From: Octopus bimaculoides
Taxonomy: Eukaryota
Length of the DNA stretch: 64,000 nucleotides
Reading direction: 5' to 3'
Assembly: GCF_001194135.2 (NCBI RefSeq)
Contig: NC_068985.1
Coordinates: forward strand, 37,372,222-37,436,221
The translations under genes were made by a program, and so were the position numbers. Positions 61,291-64,000 of this stretch are shown here, one piece after another (the first letter of the stretch is position 1; each line of letters opens with the position of its first letter). The notes under the pieces were generated by a model that made no database searches, was not told the DNA's origin, and saw nothing but the letters and a program-made list of their open reading frames with translations.

Positions 61291-62746
61291 TTTACATTCT
61301 GTAGTGCTTTCTGCCCATATATGCATGTGTATATACATATATATGTACATATATGTATGCATATATATATACTATATGATATNNNNNNNNNNNNNNNNNN
61401 NNNNNNNNNNNNNNNNNNNNNNNNNNNNNNNNNNNNNNNNNNNNNNNNNNNNNNNNNNNNNNNNNNNNNNNNNNNNNNNNNNNNNNNNNNNNNNNNNNNN
61501 NNNNNNNNNNNNNNNATATATATATATATATATAAATTGATATTCTGTTGCCGCTCATGTGAAGGCCGAATATTTTTGTTCAAATATTGTTCTTTCTGTT
61601 GCATTTTCCCCTGTTGTCATTTTCCTAAGTATTATTTTCCTAGATGCTGGTTATATATTTTCTTTATTGTATTGTTGCTGTTATTTCAATCTCCGTGTAA
61701 TCTCCGTGTTACTGGTTTTTCATTTTCATCGGTTGTTGTTAGAAATTTAAGGAAATTGGCTATGTTATTTTATCCACTAAACACAGATTTGATTAACTTT
61801 GATAACAGATAATACTATGCAATCCCAAACGTACCGTGGATGTCAATTATCTGACAGCATACATTTGATCACAGAGACAACAGACGTGTAAACAATCACG
61901 AAAAATAGAGATAACATTTAAAACAGCTGCACATCCATTAAAGGAAATAATATAAAACTTAAAACAATTTTTACTTTCACAAACATCTTAGAAACAGAAC
62001 TGCTAAGCTGAACTACCAACTATTTAGTATGGTAACCAAATTTTTACGGAGAGAAATCTTAACGTATTTAAGATGGAAGTTCCGTGTTTAAAATCCTCAA
62101 TCTTAGAACATGGTATATAAATAAGATACTCTCGCTACAATTAGAAAGGTCAATGGAATGTTTCAATCGATCACCTTTTACGTAGCTGATTGGAATTGAC
62201 CGACAACAGTAATATCAAAGTATGCGAATAACACAACCAAAGCATCGAACTCTCCCTTCCACCTCTCACTCTTTCTCTTTCACTCAAACACACACATTCA
62301 CCCAGACACACACATTCACAGACACGCATACACATTTACACAAACTTAGATACACACACGCACACATTCACACAAACAAATATATTGATGTTATGTGTAA
62401 GAATACGTATGTTGTATAATATGTAAATTCCCGCATACACACACGAATATTCATACTTATAAGTCATACACAAATATAGGTACATACATACACACACACA
62501 CACATTATATAATTCTGAAGACATGCAAATTTAACCATAACATGCAGATTCTGATCATAGCTTTGTCTTTCAATTTATAATAAGGATGCACATGAACTCC
62601 TATTTCCAAACACATTTTGGTAATATGCAATACATTCTACAAATGAATATATATATATAAATATATATATTTATTTATATGTGTGTGTGTGTGTGTAAAT
62701 ATGAGCGCCTGTGTATATAGGCATACAAACGCACAGACATATCACT

Positions 62747-62794
<48 letters not shown>

Positions 62795-63614
62795 AGTGTG
62801 TTAGGTGTGATACGTACATACATGCATACATACATACATACATACATACATACACACATACACACACAACGCACACCTACACACATGTATGTTAGTATAG
62901 GTACATGCAAAGTTTCTTTCCCTCTGGAATTATTCGAAAGTTATAGACTCATCCTTAAGTGAACTGAAAATTACTGAAGATATATTTTTGATGTTTATAT
63001 ATATATATATGCATGTATGTATGTATGCATGTATGTATGTATGTATGTATGTATGTATGTATGTATGTATGTATAATGATCTCTCTGAGACCGGTGATAG
63101 CAACACTGTTAAATACATCCCCAAGGAGAAATGGAAACTGACAGCCACAGGTTAAAAAACAAAGAGGTCAGAACGAAGTTTCCGAGGCTGACGTTCTCCT
63201 GAAGATATTAATTGTAACGTTTATTGCGGAGCCTGGAGAGTGGAATCAATATATATGAGAGCAGAACACGAGCAAGCAGTAGAATCTAAATAGCGAATGT
63301 TCGAAAACGGCGTAAGATTCGAGAACAGACTTATTCGGTAGCTAGAAAATGATTGAGAGAGAGCGAGAGAAGATAATATGCTTGGACAAGATAGAGATGG
63401 ACCAGTATATCCAAATCTGATTTAATGGGCTGCATAGTCGGTGACGTCAAGCACGTTCTTATGGTCAGCTACTAATAGCACATAATAGCATAATAACTCT
63501 AAACTGTATTTCGTATTTGTATTTGGTTTGCAAGATTCTTTATGAGAATTCGTGTGTTGAACCATATTTTATTGTGTCATTCTCTTTTAGTGCCTTATTA
63601 TTTAACACACTCAC

Positions 63615-63725
63615 CGGTTCGATTTCCACTCAATTAGTTATTTATTGTTTTCTGAAATTTTCGTTGCTTCTTGCAACCTTATCAATCGTCGTCGACTCTG
63701 CTCGTTATCAGAGCTGCGTTCTTTT
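63615..63725 (-). other. Candidate non-coding first exon of a minus-strand transcript
   Basis: Locally CpG-rich non-repetitive segment ending in a consensus donor CCG|GTGAGT (63614-63609); a TGACGTCA palindrome lies at 63442-63449. Confidence 0.25.
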
Positions 63726-63824
63726 TGTTTGATTGTTTGTTTGTTTGTTTGTGCGCATGTGTGTGCGTCAGTGTGCATGTGTATACACATATGTATATAT
63801 GTGTATGCATGTATGTGTGTGTTC

Positions 63825-63864
<40 letters not shown>

Positions 63865-64000
63865 ACGTTTGTATGTATGTATGTATGCATGTATGTATGT
63901 ATGTATGTATGTATGTATGTATGTTTTCTGCATATGCATGTGATTGTGTTCATGCCTGTGCGTTTGTATGAGTGTGTGTGTTTGTGTGTGTGTCTCTGTC

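Overview
AT-rich, microsatellite-saturated eukaryotic genomic DNA with 12 assembly gaps, most flanked by (TA)n. The repeat landscape (tRNA-derived SINE families, compound di/tetranucleotide arrays) most resembles a coleoid cephalopod, probably Octopus; this is an inference from pattern recall, not a database hit. I found no intact, nameable protein-coding gene, rRNA, true tRNA or CRISPR array, and nearly all ORF-track entries are microsatellite or N-gap artefacts. The recognisable content is mobile DNA: (i) two complementary decayed copies of a Tc1-type transposon with DD36E spacing (4367-5442 +, 29432-30647 -); (ii) a DD37D/maT element (23186-24029), a rosa/Visitor-like element (52952-53758), mariner remnants and several MITEs; (iii) a decayed Penelope-like RT + GIY-YIG element (50960-52085), two RTE LINE tails and another non-LTR tail; (iv) about 30 SINE copies from about five families, including nested, tandem and inverted arrangements with readable target-site duplications. 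The best leads are the DD36E (Incomer-like) transposon in an apparent mollusc, degenerate hammerhead-ribozyme-like motifs, an inverted triplication between (TA)n tracts, SINE stacking at a shared target motif, a SINE+flank composite present twice, and a LINE-mariner in-frame junction. A few weak candidate exons, mostly on the minus strand, suggest the window could be intronic to a large gene, but this is unproven.
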